Source of the DNA: Thermoanaerobaculia bacterium
Lineage (GTDB): Bacteria > Acidobacteriota > Thermoanaerobaculia > Multivoradales > UBA5704
Direction: 5' to 3'
NCBI GenBank assembly: GCA_044226625.1
Contig: JBGAGQ010000086.1
Coordinates: 1-20,863 of the forward strand
DNA: 20,863 nt
Both the position numbers and the translations under genes were made by a program. Positions 8,284-17,394 of this stretch are shown one piece after another. Position 1 is the first letter of the stretch. Each line of letters starts with the position of its first letter. The notes beneath the pieces were generated by a model that did no database searches, was not told where the DNA came from, and saw only the letters and a program-made list of their open reading frames with translations.

Positions 8284-8481
8284 GTGGCCCGTCAGAACTA
8301 TCAACAGGGAAGGCGCCAGCGGGAGCTGGCCCGGAAGCAGAAGCAGGACGAGAAACTCCAGCGTCGTCTGGAGCGCAAGAACAACCCGAACCGCGAAGAA
8401 GGCTCCACCGACGAGCTCGGCGAGCCGGTCGAAGCGCCCGCGAACGACGACGACTCGACCTCTCCGGAAGACGTCGCGTAA
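8284..8481 (+). CDS. Small charged hypothetical protein (65 aa) with a basic N-terminal helix and an acidic tail
   Basis: GTG at 8284 just after GGAGGAGAC. Sequence MARQNYQQGRRQRELARKQKQDEKLQRRLERK...DDDSTSPEDVA. Fills the gap between the divergent permease and the convergent add gene. TGATAAGCT (extended -10-like) at 8195-8203. Confidence 0.7.
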   Translation: MARQNYQQGRRQRELARKQKQDEKLQRRLERKNNPNREEGSTDELGEPVEAPANDDDSTSPEDVA

Positions 8482-8556
8482 TTCTCAAGACCGCCGTAAC
8501 GATCAGGCACCGCGTACTCCTCCACCGGTCCCGATCGAGTCCCCGGCTGGGGTCGG

Positions 8557-9624
8557 TTACTCGCCTCCGACCCCGTAGCGATCCGACAGGCCGGCGAAGC
8601 TCCGCCGGAACTCCTCTCGCATCTCGTCCTTCCTCCGGTCCGGTAGAAACGACGCATCGAGGGCCGCGAGCGAAAAGCCGGCCAGGTCCCTGGCGTCGTA
8701 GCCGAACGTCCTGGCCATCCGGGCGTATTCGGTCGCGAGGTCGGTATCGAAGAACGGCGGGTCGTCGGTATTGACGTTCACCGCCACCCCCGCTCTCCGC
8801 AGTCGGTCGAACGAATGCGAAGCGAGGTCGGGGAACACCCCCAGGCAGACGTTCGACGAGGGGCAGATGTCGAGGGGGAGCTGCGTCGCGACGAGCTCGC
8901 GCACGAGGTCCGGATCCTCCATCGCGCGGACGCCGTGGTCGAGCCGGTCGAGGCCGACGACGTCGAGGGCGGAGCGGATCGACTCCGGCCCCCCGTGCTC
9001 GCCCGCGTGCGCGACCACCTTGAGCCCCGCTTTCCGCGCGGCGTCGAAATGTTCCCGGAACGGTTCGTTGGGATAGCCGTTCTCGATCCCCGCGAGCCCC
9101 ACCGCCACCACCAGACCGGTCTTGTCGGCGAGCGCCCACTCGATCGTCTTGTCCGCCGCCGAAACCGCGACGTTGCGGACGATGTCCGGGATCAACCGCA
9201 GGGTGACGCCCCACGTCCGCTCGGCTTCGGCCACGGCATCGGCGATCGCCTCGCGCACCGCCTCGCCGTCGGCGCCGTTGCCGAGATGGGTCTGGATCGT
9301 GAAATGGGCTTCGGTATAGACGATGTTCTGGCGCGCCTGCTCCGCGAGCACGTCGGCCGCGAGGGCACGGAAGTCCTCGGGCGACCTCAGACAACGCGAG
9401 CAGGTCAGGTAGATGTCGACGAAGTGGTCGAAGTCGCGAAAGCGGAACCACTCGCGCAGGCCCGCGACATCGCTCGCCGGAAGGTCCACGCGGTTGCGCT
9501 TCGCGAGTCCGAGCAACACGTCGGGGCGCATCGACCCTTCGAGATGGACGTGCAGCTCGACCTTGGGGATCTCGAGCGCGAAGCGATCGAGCGCCGTGCC
9601 GTTCTCAAGCCCCGGAGCGCTCAT
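8557..9624 (-). CDS. add: Adenosine/adenine deaminase (355 aa)
   Basis: Motifs PKVELHVHLEGS, HAGE, RLDHG, ICPSSN and VNTDDPPFF. ATGA overlap with coaD. Substrate (adenosine or adenine) cannot be determined from the sequence alone. Confidence 0.9.
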   Translation of the reverse strand: MSAPGLENGTALDRFALEIPKVELHVHLEGSMRPDVLLGLAKRNRVDLPASDVAGLREWFRFRDFDHFVDIYLTCSRCLRSPEDFRALAADVLAEQARQNIVYTEAHFTIQTHLGNGADGEAVREAIADAVAEAERTWGVTLRLIPDIVRNVAVSAADKTIEWALADKTGLVVAVGLAGIENGYPNEPFREHFDAARKAGLKVVAHAGEHGGPESIRSALDVVGLDRLDHGVRAMEDPDLVRELVATQLPLDICPSSNVCLGVFPDLASHSFDRLRRAGVAVNVNTDDPPFFDTDLATEYARMARTFGYDARDLAGFSLAALDASFLPDRRKDEMREEFRRSFAGLSDRYGVGGE

Positions 9625-10139
9625 GGACGCTTCCCCGGATGCAAACGCTCGTCGAGCAACGCGAGAACCGAGGGGGGCACGAGACCGGTCAGGTCCCCAC
9701 CGAGCCCGAACACCTCTTTGACCAAGCGGCTGGACAGGTAGCTGAAATCCTCTTTCGGCATCATGAACACGGTCTCGACGTTCGGGTTCAGGCGCCGGTT
9801 CATCAAGGCCATCTGGAACTCGAACTCGAAGTCAGAGACGGCGCGCAGGCCCCGAACCACGGTCCGCGCACCGAGCCGAGCCATGAAGTCGACCAGCAGT
9901 CCGGAAAAGCTCTCGACGCGACAGGAAGCGCCCGGAAAGCGCTCGACCAGCAGGTCCCGCACCATTGACACCCGCTCGTCGACCGAGAACATCGGCCGCT
10001 TCTCCTCGTTGAACAACACCGCCACCACCACCTCGTCGAAGATCGGCAGGCACCGCTCGACGATGTCCAGGTGGCCATTGTGAAACGGATCGAACGACCC
10101 GGGATAGACCGCGATCCGTCGCGTCACGTTGCCTGTCAT
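9621..10139 (-). CDS. coaD: Pantetheine-phosphate adenylyltransferase
   Basis: Motifs IAVYPGSFDPFHNGHLDI, VRGLRAVSDFEFEFQMALMNRRL and YLSSRLVKEV. ATG overlaps the upstream stop; GTG at 10127 is an alternative start. Confidence 0.97.
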   Translation of the reverse strand: MTGNVTRRIAVYPGSFDPFHNGHLDIVERCLPIFDEVVVAVLFNEEKRPMFSVDERVSMVRDLLVERFPGASCRVESFSGLLVDFMARLGARTVVRGLRAVSDFEFEFQMALMNRRLNPNVETVFMMPKEDFSYLSSRLVKEVFGLGGDLTGLVPPSVLALLDERLHPGKRP

Positions 10140-12421
10140 CGGCCCCTCGCCCTCGCAATCTCGTCCGTCAGATCAAAAGTTGCCGCATTGTATGCGCCGT
10201 CGGTCGCGCGCAACAGGAGATACCGTGCCCCCGCGGGCACGTCGATCAGCAGCTCTTCGCGCCGGCCGTCGAGCAAACCGTCCGCCGCCCGCGCCGGTTG
10301 CCATTCCTTGCCGTCGACGCTGATTTGCGCGTCGCGCACCGGGCTCCAGACGTCCTCGACCCGAACCCGCAGCCGGTTGCCTTCCGCCGCGACCCCGGCG
10401 AGGACGGGCGGCGTGTGATCGACGGTCAGCGCCGGGCTGACCTCTTCGGCCGCGAGCCCTTCGCCCGCCTCGTTCGCGTCGGCGTCGCTCACCTCGAGGC
10501 GGAAGCGATAGAGGCCGTCCGGCAGCGCCCCGACGTCGAAGCTCAGGTACTCCTCGGTCAGGCGATCGGCGAGCGGCATCCAAGCTCCCGGGGTTCCCGG
10601 CTCGCCCGGAGAGGCACCGCTATCCCCGCCCACTCCCTTCCCGGCGGGACGGAACGAAAGGGCGTACTCCAGCGCGTCGGCGTTGGGATCGCTCGCCTTC
10701 CAGCGGAGCGATCGATAGCCCAGCTTCCAGAGGGTCTTCAACCGCCCGCTGTCGTCGAGGTCGACGGCGGGAGCGAGCGTGGTGAACAGCCCTTCCCGGT
10801 TCGGGTGCGCCGGTTCGAACACCTGGTTGGCCGGGTTGAAGTTCTGCGGCACCAGGATCTGGCCGGGCGGCAGCGCGCCGAACGCCTCGATCTTGGGCCG
10901 CTGGTTGAGCTGCCGGTACGACAGCTCGACCGCCGCCACGCGGGGAGAACCGCTTCCTCCGCCGGTCAGCTGGACCCGCCACTGGAGATATCGCCCTTCG
11001 GGGGCTCCCTCGTCCCCGAACAGGGCCATCTCGTCGCGGCTCGCGATCTTCCGCCAAGGGCTCCACGCGGACCAGGTCTTGTCCGGGGTGGCGCTCGCTC
11101 CGCTGCGCACCGAGAAGCTCACCGAAGTGCCCTCCGGCACATCGCCCCGCCAGCGCAGCCTGCCGAATCGGGCCGGCGCGCCGGCGTCGAGGACGGCGCC
11201 GGTGAACGTCCCTTTCGCTTCGAGCTCCGCGGTCGTCCGATAGAGCGCGGAGCCGTTCGTCGACGCGATCGTCGGACCCGCCGGGCCGGGGATCAGGGCG
11301 ACGAGCTGCCTCTCGTCGGTGTCTTTCTCGAGCTCCATCCGGCTCGAGGAGGTGCCCGCCGGGCGGTAGGAGTAGAGCTTCCCTTCGAGGCCGGTGGCGA
11401 CCCAGAGGCGCCCGCCCTGCCAGAGCAGGTCGAACACGGTCTCGTCGGCAAAGTTGCCGATTCCATCGGCGAGGCCGTTCGGCGCGATCGCCACCACCTC
11501 GCTGCGCGGCCCGCCGTCTTTGCGACCCGGGGTCGCGTCGGGCTCTCCGACGGTCACGGTCACGGTGGGCTCGCCCGGCTTCGCCGGAGCCCCGGGCGCC
11601 GCCGCGGCGCCCCCGGCGACGAGGCTCGACTCCGACGCCACGAGCGCGGCGTACACGGTGCCGTCGGGGCCGAGCGCGAGCGAGGCGACCTCGGGCTCCG
11701 CGGCATCGAACAGCGTGCGCGCCGAGCCGTCCTTGCCGATTCGAACGACCAAGCCGTCCCCCGAAGTGCCGACGACGACGCCTCCCCCGGCGCTCGCGGG
11801 GAGCGGCAGAAGGCTTCGGATGTGCGGCTCGTCGGCGTCGTAGAGCACCTTGCCCTTGCCCGAGCCGTCGACCTCGAAGAGCTTGCCCTCGGTTCCGGTC
11901 GCGACCAGGAGCGTGCCGGCGGCGGAACGCCGGATCGCCCAGATGTAGGTGGCCCCCGGGTCGAAGAACACCTTCGCCTCGGCCTTCGAGGAGGATCCCG
12001 AGGTCGCGATGCGGTAGACCTTGCCGCTCGGCGAGGTGCCGGCGAACAGCGTCCCGTCCGGATCGGCCCAGAGCGCGAAGACCTCCGCCTCGTCGGCGTC
12101 GAACAGCACGCTGACCTCTCCCTTTGACGTCACCTTGAGCACCTTGCCGTCGTTGCCCGTGCCGACCGCCCAGCCCCCGGGGATCGCCACCGCCGAGAAG
12201 ACGAACGGCTCGGACAGGCCGGCTACCCGTTCGACGCGCGGGGCGAGGTCCAGGAATCCGCCGGGATCGAGGGCGATCCCGGCCAGGGTGCCCGAGCGAA
12301 AGTCGGCGCCCGTCTGGACCTGGAAGATCCGGACCTCGGTCGCTCGCGCGGTGGACGCCGCGAGCAAGATTCCGGCGCCGAGGGCGGCGGCCCGCGCGAG
12401 GGTGTCGAGCGTTGCTTTCAT
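10136..12421 (-). CDS. Secreted beta-propeller (WD40/NHL-like) protein with C-terminal beta-sandwich domains (761 aa)
   Basis: Signal peptide ending ASTARA. Repeated blades (VGTGNDGKVLKV, AGTSPSGKVYRI, VATGTEGKLFEV, VGTSGDGLVVRI, VATGLEGKLYSY). C-terminal Ig/FN3-like segments (LRWKASDPNAD..., GLYRFRLEVSD, VDHTPP). ATGA overlaps at both ends. Confidence 0.8.
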   Translation of the reverse strand: MKATLDTLARAAALGAGILLAASTARATEVRIFQVQTGADFRSGTLAGIALDPGGFLDLAPRVERVAGLSEPFVFSAVAIPGGWAVGTGNDGKVLKVTSKGEVSVLFDADEAEVFALWADPDGTLFAGTSPSGKVYRIATSGSSSKAEAKVFFDPGATYIWAIRRSAAGTLLVATGTEGKLFEVDGSGKGKVLYDADEPHIRSLLPLPASAGGGVVVGTSGDGLVVRIGKDGSARTLFDAAEPEVASLALGPDGTVYAALVASESSLVAGGAAAAPGAPAKPGEPTVTVTVGEPDATPGRKDGGPRSEVVAIAPNGLADGIGNFADETVFDLLWQGGRLWVATGLEGKLYSYRPAGTSSSRMELEKDTDERQLVALIPGPAGPTIASTNGSALYRTTAELEAKGTFTGAVLDAGAPARFGRLRWRGDVPEGTSVSFSVRSGASATPDKTWSAWSPWRKIASRDEMALFGDEGAPEGRYLQWRVQLTGGGSGSPRVAAVELSYRQLNQRPKIEAFGALPPGQILVPQNFNPANQVFEPAHPNREGLFTTLAPAVDLDDSGRLKTLWKLGYRSLRWKASDPNADALEYALSFRPAGKGVGGDSGASPGEPGTPGAWMPLADRLTEEYLSFDVGALPDGLYRFRLEVSDADANEAGEGLAAEEVSPALTVDHTPPVLAGVAAEGNRLRVRVEDVWSPVRDAQISVDGKEWQPARAADGLLDGRREELLIDVPAGARYLLLRATDGAYNAATFDLTDEIARARGR

Positions 12422-14397
12422 CGTGGGTTCTCCAGAGAGAGGTCGAAGGACGCTGTGGGCACGCCTCGAGGCGATGACGGGGAGGACACGGTCGAAGGAG
12501 CGAGAGCGGCGATCCCTTCGCCGCCGTCCGGAGCCGTCCCGTCGGGCGATTCACCGGGCATTCCGTTCTCGCGCCGAACCTCGAAGTCGAGGCGCACGAT
12601 CCCGGAGGCCGGAGCGGGAAGCGGTTGCGAGGCCCGAGCCACCACCACGTTGGAAATGGGTTGGCCCAGACCCGGACCGCCCGCGCCCCAGAGAGAACGG
12701 ACGCTCCCCGGCAGCTGCGGCATCGCCCTCCCCCCCGCCACGATCCCCGGCCCAGGAGCGGCGACGATCGCCGCCAGCTCGCGCCGGGAGTGGAACGAGC
12801 CGAGCAGCTCGAGCGCTTGGGTGACGTTTTCCGGGTTGGCCGGCTCGAGCTGCAGTCGCGCCGCGTCGACGCTCGCGCCATCGCCGACCCAGACCGAGTA
12901 GCGGCCGGCGCTGAGATCGGTCGGCACGGCCAAATCGAGCGTGCGCCGCGATTTTTCGCCGCGGAACGCGCGCAGGTCGACCGCCACCCGGATCGTCTCC
13001 CCCGGGCGAACCACCGTCCGCTCGGCATGCGCCCCTTCGATCGAAAGAGACCGCGGCGCGCTCACCTGGTCGAATTCGATCTCCACGCCTTCGATCCGCA
13101 GCCGCTCGAGGTCGTTCTGGGCGAGATACGACGCGATCGACAGCAGGTAAGAGATCGCCTCGTTGGCCGCGTTGTCGCCATCGAAGCTCTGGGCGATCGA
13201 GAGATCTCCTCGGCCCGCGAGCCGAAAGCGGGCGGCGAGATCGAGCGACTGGCCGCCGGCGGTTCGGCTCGCCGCCTCGAGGCTCGCGAGCGCGGCCGTG
13301 CCGACCATGCCGGCCACCAGCTCCGGAACGTCCGCGATGCGCATGTGGTACTCGTGCTCGCGTTCGCCATGCAGCTTGACGACGACCGGAAACGTCGGTG
13401 CCGTGGCCCCGATCCGCCCCTCGATCCCGGTCCGACGATCTTCCACGACCGCGCCGACGACGGGACCGACGTTGGCGATCTTGAACGAGTTGTACTGGTT
13501 CGAAAGGACCGTCACCACTTCGGCCGGCGCCATGGGAATCGACACCTTCCCGATCCCCAGGAAGTTATGGCCGAAGGCGAGCAGCGAGTCGCCCCCGCGA
13601 TCGGTGACCGTGCCGGTCACCCCGAGGCGAAAGTCGCCGTCCAGGATGACGCCCGAAACGGCGCCGCCGGGACGAAGGTCGTCGACTCCGAGCGAGGGCC
13701 CCCCCTGCCCCTGGGTCGGGGCACTCTCCGCCCGCCCGGCCAGAGCGATCGGGACCGGTCCGAATCCGAGCCGGAGGGCCGCGAGCGAGCGCTCGCCGAA
13801 CCCGCTCGCGGTCCAGACCACGGCCCCCGGCGCCCCCGCGCCCTCGGGGTGCGAAAGGGCGGACAGAGCGGACAGCTCGCGAGCGAGGAGGTCCGAGGGG
13901 ATTCGCCGCGCCACGAGATCGCTCAACGGCACGACCGGCGTGCCGATCGCTAGCGCGCTCTTGCCTGGATCTTCACCCAACTTCCGCATCGCCTCGATCG
14001 GCGTGACGCCGCCCACCGCATCGTTGGAGAAGGGCCAGCCGAACGACACCGCGCCGAGCAAGCGGTCGTCGAAATAGACCGGGCTGCCGCTCATCCCCGC
14101 GGAGATGCCGCTCCGTTCGAGGTCGTGACCGGTGAGCTTGACCAGCACGTAGCTCAGGCCGGGCGCGAGGTTTCTCATCACGCCGACGATCTCGACCTCG
14201 AACCGTTCCGGCTTCGTACCCTGAAACACCGTGATGCCGTATCCGCGCTGCCCTACCTTCACCTCGTCGACGGAGATCCATGGAGCGGTGTAAGGCCCCC
14301 GAGGCGGGGTCGCGGGCGCGGGGGCGCCCATCGAGGTCAGGGCCATGAGGAACATGCCGAGGGCGAGCGCTGAAGATCTACTCCATCTCGTGCTCAT
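12418..14397 (-). CDS. SpoIVB/peptidase S55-like exported serine protease (659 aa)
   Basis: Hydrophobic N-terminal signal. S55 Ser motif in GITVFQGTKPERFEVEIVG...GISAGMSGSPVYFDDRLLGAV (S103). His motif GTVT...LLAFGH (H277). Confidence 0.85.
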   Translation of the reverse strand: MSTRWSRSSALALGMFLMALTSMGAPAPATPPRGPYTAPWISVDEVKVGQRGYGITVFQGTKPERFEVEIVGVMRNLAPGLSYVLVKLTGHDLERSGISAGMSGSPVYFDDRLLGAVSFGWPFSNDAVGGVTPIEAMRKLGEDPGKSALAIGTPVVPLSDLVARRIPSDLLARELSALSALSHPEGAGAPGAVVWTASGFGERSLAALRLGFGPVPIALAGRAESAPTQGQGGPSLGVDDLRPGGAVSGVILDGDFRLGVTGTVTDRGGDSLLAFGHNFLGIGKVSIPMAPAEVVTVLSNQYNSFKIANVGPVVGAVVEDRRTGIEGRIGATAPTFPVVVKLHGEREHEYHMRIADVPELVAGMVGTAALASLEAASRTAGGQSLDLAARFRLAGRGDLSIAQSFDGDNAANEAISYLLSIASYLAQNDLERLRIEGVEIEFDQVSAPRSLSIEGAHAERTVVRPGETIRVAVDLRAFRGEKSRRTLDLAVPTDLSAGRYSVWVGDGASVDAARLQLEPANPENVTQALELLGSFHSRRELAAIVAAPGPGIVAGGRAMPQLPGSVRSLWGAGGPGLGQPISNVVVARASQPLPAPASGIVRLDFEVRRENGMPGESPDGTAPDGGEGIAALAPSTVSSPSSPRGVPTASFDLSLENPR

Positions 14398-15095
14398 ACT
14401 TCTCCTCTCCGCGCGAAAGACGAACCGTCGCGGCCGAGCAGCCTCTCGGCGGGAAACGGGCCTTGCCGCAGGACGCGGACCTCGTCGCCCTCGAAGGCGA
14501 CGAGCGTGGACGGTAGTCCGCCGGGGGCCTCCCCGTCGACCACCACGAAATCGATGTCGTCGGCCTCGGTCCCTTCGCGGAGAAGGGCCTCGACCTCCCG
14601 CGCCGAGAGCAACGGGGGCTCGCCGGTCCGGTTGGCGCTGGTCGCGGTGAGCGGTCCGACGGCGGCGACCAGGGCACGCAAGCCATCGTGGTCTGGAATA
14701 CGTACCGCGAGCGATCCCGTCCCTCCGGCTGCCGGCAGATCCGCTCCGCGCTCGAGTGGCAGGACTACGGAAAGCGGAGCGGGCCAGAACGGAGCGACCC
14801 GGGCCACCGACGCCGAGCCCGCGTCGATCCCCAGCTCGGCGAGCTGCGCGAGATCGGCGATCACGACCGGCATCGGTTTGCGGCGCGGGGAGATGGCGTC
14901 GCTCTCCCGGTCGATGCGCCGTTTGATCCGCTCCACCGCGAGGACGCCCGGCCAGCTTTTCGGATCGGCGCCCAGGCCGAAGCTCGATTCGGTCGGGAAG
15001 GCGAGCACACCGCCGCGGGATCGCAGCGCCACCAGCGGCTCGACCGGATCGCCTGGATGCCAGAGGCGCCGGACCGAGGTCGCGGCTCGGCTCAC
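14394..15095 (-). CDS. tsaC: L-threonylcarbamoyladenylate synthase (YrdC/TsaC, no Sua5 C-terminal domain)
   Basis: Motifs GGVLAFPTESSFGLGAD, IKRR...KP, FWPAPLSVVL, LAVRIPDH, GPLTATSANRTG, PSTLV and LRQG. GTGA overlap with recN. Confidence 0.88.
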   Translation of the reverse strand: MSRAATSVRRLWHPGDPVEPLVALRSRGGVLAFPTESSFGLGADPKSWPGVLAVERIKRRIDRESDAISPRRKPMPVVIADLAQLAELGIDAGSASVARVAPFWPAPLSVVLPLERGADLPAAGGTGSLAVRIPDHDGLRALVAAVGPLTATSANRTGEPPLLSAREVEALLREGTEADDIDFVVVDGEAPGGLPSTLVAFEGDEVRVLRQGPFPAERLLGRDGSSFARRGEV

Positions 15096-16813
15096 CGGCG
15101 GGCCGCTCCGGCGATCAGCTCTCGGGCGTGCGACAGCGAGAGGTCGGTCACCTTCGACCCGGCGAGCATTCGAGCCACCTCTTCGATCCGTCCTTCGCCA
15201 TCGAGCTCTTCGACCGTGACTCGCGTCCTTCCTCCCGTCACCTTTTTCGCCACCCGATAATGGCGGTCCGCCGCGCTCGCGACCTGCGGCAGGTGGGTCA
15301 CCGCGAGGATCTGGCCGCCGCGCGCGAGGCGCTTGAGCTTGAGACCGAGCGCCGCGGCCTCCGCACCGCCGATCCCGGCGTCCACCTCATCGAACACCAG
15401 GGTCGCCTCCGCTCCTTCCCGATCGTCGCCGCGCGCCGCGAGCTGAAGCGCGAGGAAGAGGCGGGACAGCTCGCCGCCCGAGGCGATGCGCGCGAGCGGA
15501 CGAGGTTCCTCGCCCGGATTCGGCGCGAACAGGAAGACCACCTGATCGACCCCCTCGCGCCCCGGCTCGACCTCGATCCCGTCGAGGGCGAGTGCGCCGC
15601 CGGACCGCCGCCTCCTCTCGAGCAGCACCTCGAGGCGGGCTTTCGAGAGCCCGAGATCCTTGCACTCGGCGGCAATCCTCTGCACCAGGTCTCGTCCCCA
15701 GACCTCGCGGCGTTTGGAGAGCGTGAGCGCCGCTTCGCGATAGACGCCCAACGCGCTCTCCACCCGCAGAAACAGATCGGTGCGGTCCGCGGCGTCGGCA
15801 TCGAGCTCGGCGAGCTCTTCTTCGATCGTCGCCCGGTAGGCGAGCGCGGAAGCGGCCGAGCCGCCGAAACGCCGGCCGAGCCGCTCGACGAGCGCGAGCC
15901 GCTCCTCCACCGCGTCGAGCCGGCCCGGATCGGCGTCCAATCGATCCAGATGATGAGCGAGGGTCTGGGCAAGATCGGCGAGACGGACCTCGATCTCCGA
16001 AAGGTCCGCGACCCACCCCTCCGCCTCGGGCTGCCAGGAGACGATGCCGGCGAGCAGGTCGCGAGCCCGGCCGACGCGCTCCACCGCCGCGCCTTCGTCC
16101 TCGGAAAGCGAAGCTTGCGACGCGCCGAGCGCCCGGGCGATCGAATCGGCGTTTCGCAGCCCGTCGCGCTCGGTGCGTAGGCGTTCGTCCTCGCCGGCGA
16201 CCAGGCGCGCCACGTCGATCTCCTCTGCGTGGAAGCGAAGGAGCTCGAGGCGTTCGCGCCGAGCCTTCTGATCGCCGCTCGCCCGCGCCAGCCGCTCCGC
16301 GAGACGCGACCATTGGTCGTACGCCTCGGCGACCTCGCTCAACAGGCGATCCGCTTCGGCGCCGCCACTCCGGTCGAGCCATTGACGCTGCAGATCGGGG
16401 GTGGTGAGGCCGAGCTCCTCACGCTGGCCGTGGATCCGGAGCACCAACGGCGCGAGATCGAGGAGGAGCCGCAGCGTCGCCGGCTGATCGTTGACGAAAA
16501 CTCGATTGCGGCCGTTTCTCGCGATCTCGCGGCGGATCAGCAGCTCGTCGCCGTGCGCCTCGAGCCCGGACTCTTCGAGGACCTGCCGCCAAGCGCTTCC
16601 ACGCGGCGCGAAGACTCCCGCGACGGAAAGGACCTCGGCACCGCTGCGGATCATCTCGGTCGAGGCGCGGGCCCCGGCGAGAAGCGACAACGAGTCGACG
16701 ACGATCGACTTGCCTGCACCGGTCTCGCCCGAGAGCACGGCGAAACCTTCCTCCCACTCGATCGTCGCGCCCTCGATCACCGCGAGGTTGCGGACGTGGA
16801 GCTCGCGGAGCAC
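15092..16813 (-). CDS. recN: DNA repair protein RecN (573 aa)
   Basis: Walker A LSGETGAGKSIVVD, coiled-coil middle region, signature IASGGELSR, Walker B LVFDEVDAGIGG, VTHLPQVA and EEVARML. Confidence 0.97.
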   Translation of the reverse strand: MLRELHVRNLAVIEGATIEWEEGFAVLSGETGAGKSIVVDSLSLLAGARASTEMIRSGAEVLSVAGVFAPRGSAWRQVLEESGLEAHGDELLIRREIARNGRNRVFVNDQPATLRLLLDLAPLVLRIHGQREELGLTTPDLQRQWLDRSGGAEADRLLSEVAEAYDQWSRLAERLARASGDQKARRERLELLRFHAEEIDVARLVAGEDERLRTERDGLRNADSIARALGASQASLSEDEGAAVERVGRARDLLAGIVSWQPEAEGWVADLSEIEVRLADLAQTLAHHLDRLDADPGRLDAVEERLALVERLGRRFGGSAASALAYRATIEEELAELDADAADRTDLFLRVESALGVYREAALTLSKRREVWGRDLVQRIAAECKDLGLSKARLEVLLERRRRSGGALALDGIEVEPGREGVDQVVFLFAPNPGEEPRPLARIASGGELSRLFLALQLAARGDDREGAEATLVFDEVDAGIGGAEAAALGLKLKRLARGGQILAVTHLPQVASAADRHYRVAKKVTGGRTRVTVEELDGEGRIEEVARMLAGSKVTDLSLSHARELIAGAARR

Positions 16814-16825
16814 TCGGCGGAGCTC

Positions 16826-17233
16826 CTATTCGTCCGCGCGGTTCGCCGCGACGTCACGCGAAGGGGGATGGTTGAAGGTCGAGGGAACGTGGTCCGGATC
16901 TTCCTGGGCGCGCCGCTCGAAGCTCAGGAAGTCGTAGTAGCCGCAGCGTCCATCGCCCGGGTAAGCCCGGCAAATGGTCGGTCGCGCCAGGTAGATCGAA
17001 CAGCGCCGGGTCGTGCGGTCGAGGAACTGGCAGGCCGTGCCGTAGATCTCGTCCGGGGTATGGCGCAGGATCAGCTCGCCCGGCTCCTCGCCTCGGCGGA
17101 CGAATTTCTTCCGCGCGACGCCATAGGAGACGCCGAAGTGTTTCGCCAGCCGAACGAGATCGCTCTCTTCGACCTGGATGCGCGGGTACGAGCAGCAATA
17201 CGAGGGGCAGCGATCGCAGTTGTAGAACGGCAC
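16826..17233 (-). CDS. YkgJ-family (CxxCxxCC) cysteine cluster protein (135 aa)
   Basis: GTG at 17233 preceded by GGAGGA. Motifs CDRCPSYCC and CQFLD...RCSIYLARPTICRAYP. TAGAAT -10-like element at 17254-17259 on the minus strand. The track's longer start overlaps the GGDEF gene. Confidence 0.88.
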   Translation of the reverse strand: MPFYNCDRCPSYCCSYPRIQVEESDLVRLAKHFGVSYGVARKKFVRRGEEPGELILRHTPDEIYGTACQFLDRTTRRCSIYLARPTICRAYPGDGRCGYYDFLSFERRAQEDPDHVPSTFNHPPSRDVAANRADE

Positions 17234-17394
17234 CGGGTCCTCCCAATCTTGGAATTCTATCCCGGCCGAAGCGGCCCCGGCAGACCTCGAGCCGCGGGAC
17301 GAGCTGGGAAAGTTGAGCTCGGGATCTCGGTGCGGACCGCGTCCCGCCCGATGTGTGCGGCTCAATCGGGGCTCCGACCGGATCCTGCCGAGGT

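Noticed and set aside
12418-14397. Evidence for sporulation (spoIVB next to recN, as in Bacillus)
   Set aside because: The domain order differs from SpoIVB, no PDZ domain is evident, tsaC intervenes, and there is no spo0A or other sporulation gene. The symbol spoIVB was not assigned.
17294-17347. Inverted repeat GCGGGACG...CGTCCCGC containing the array core motif
   Set aside because: Only 8 bp with a 38-nt loop in very GC-rich DNA and no 20-bp phasing; likely chance.
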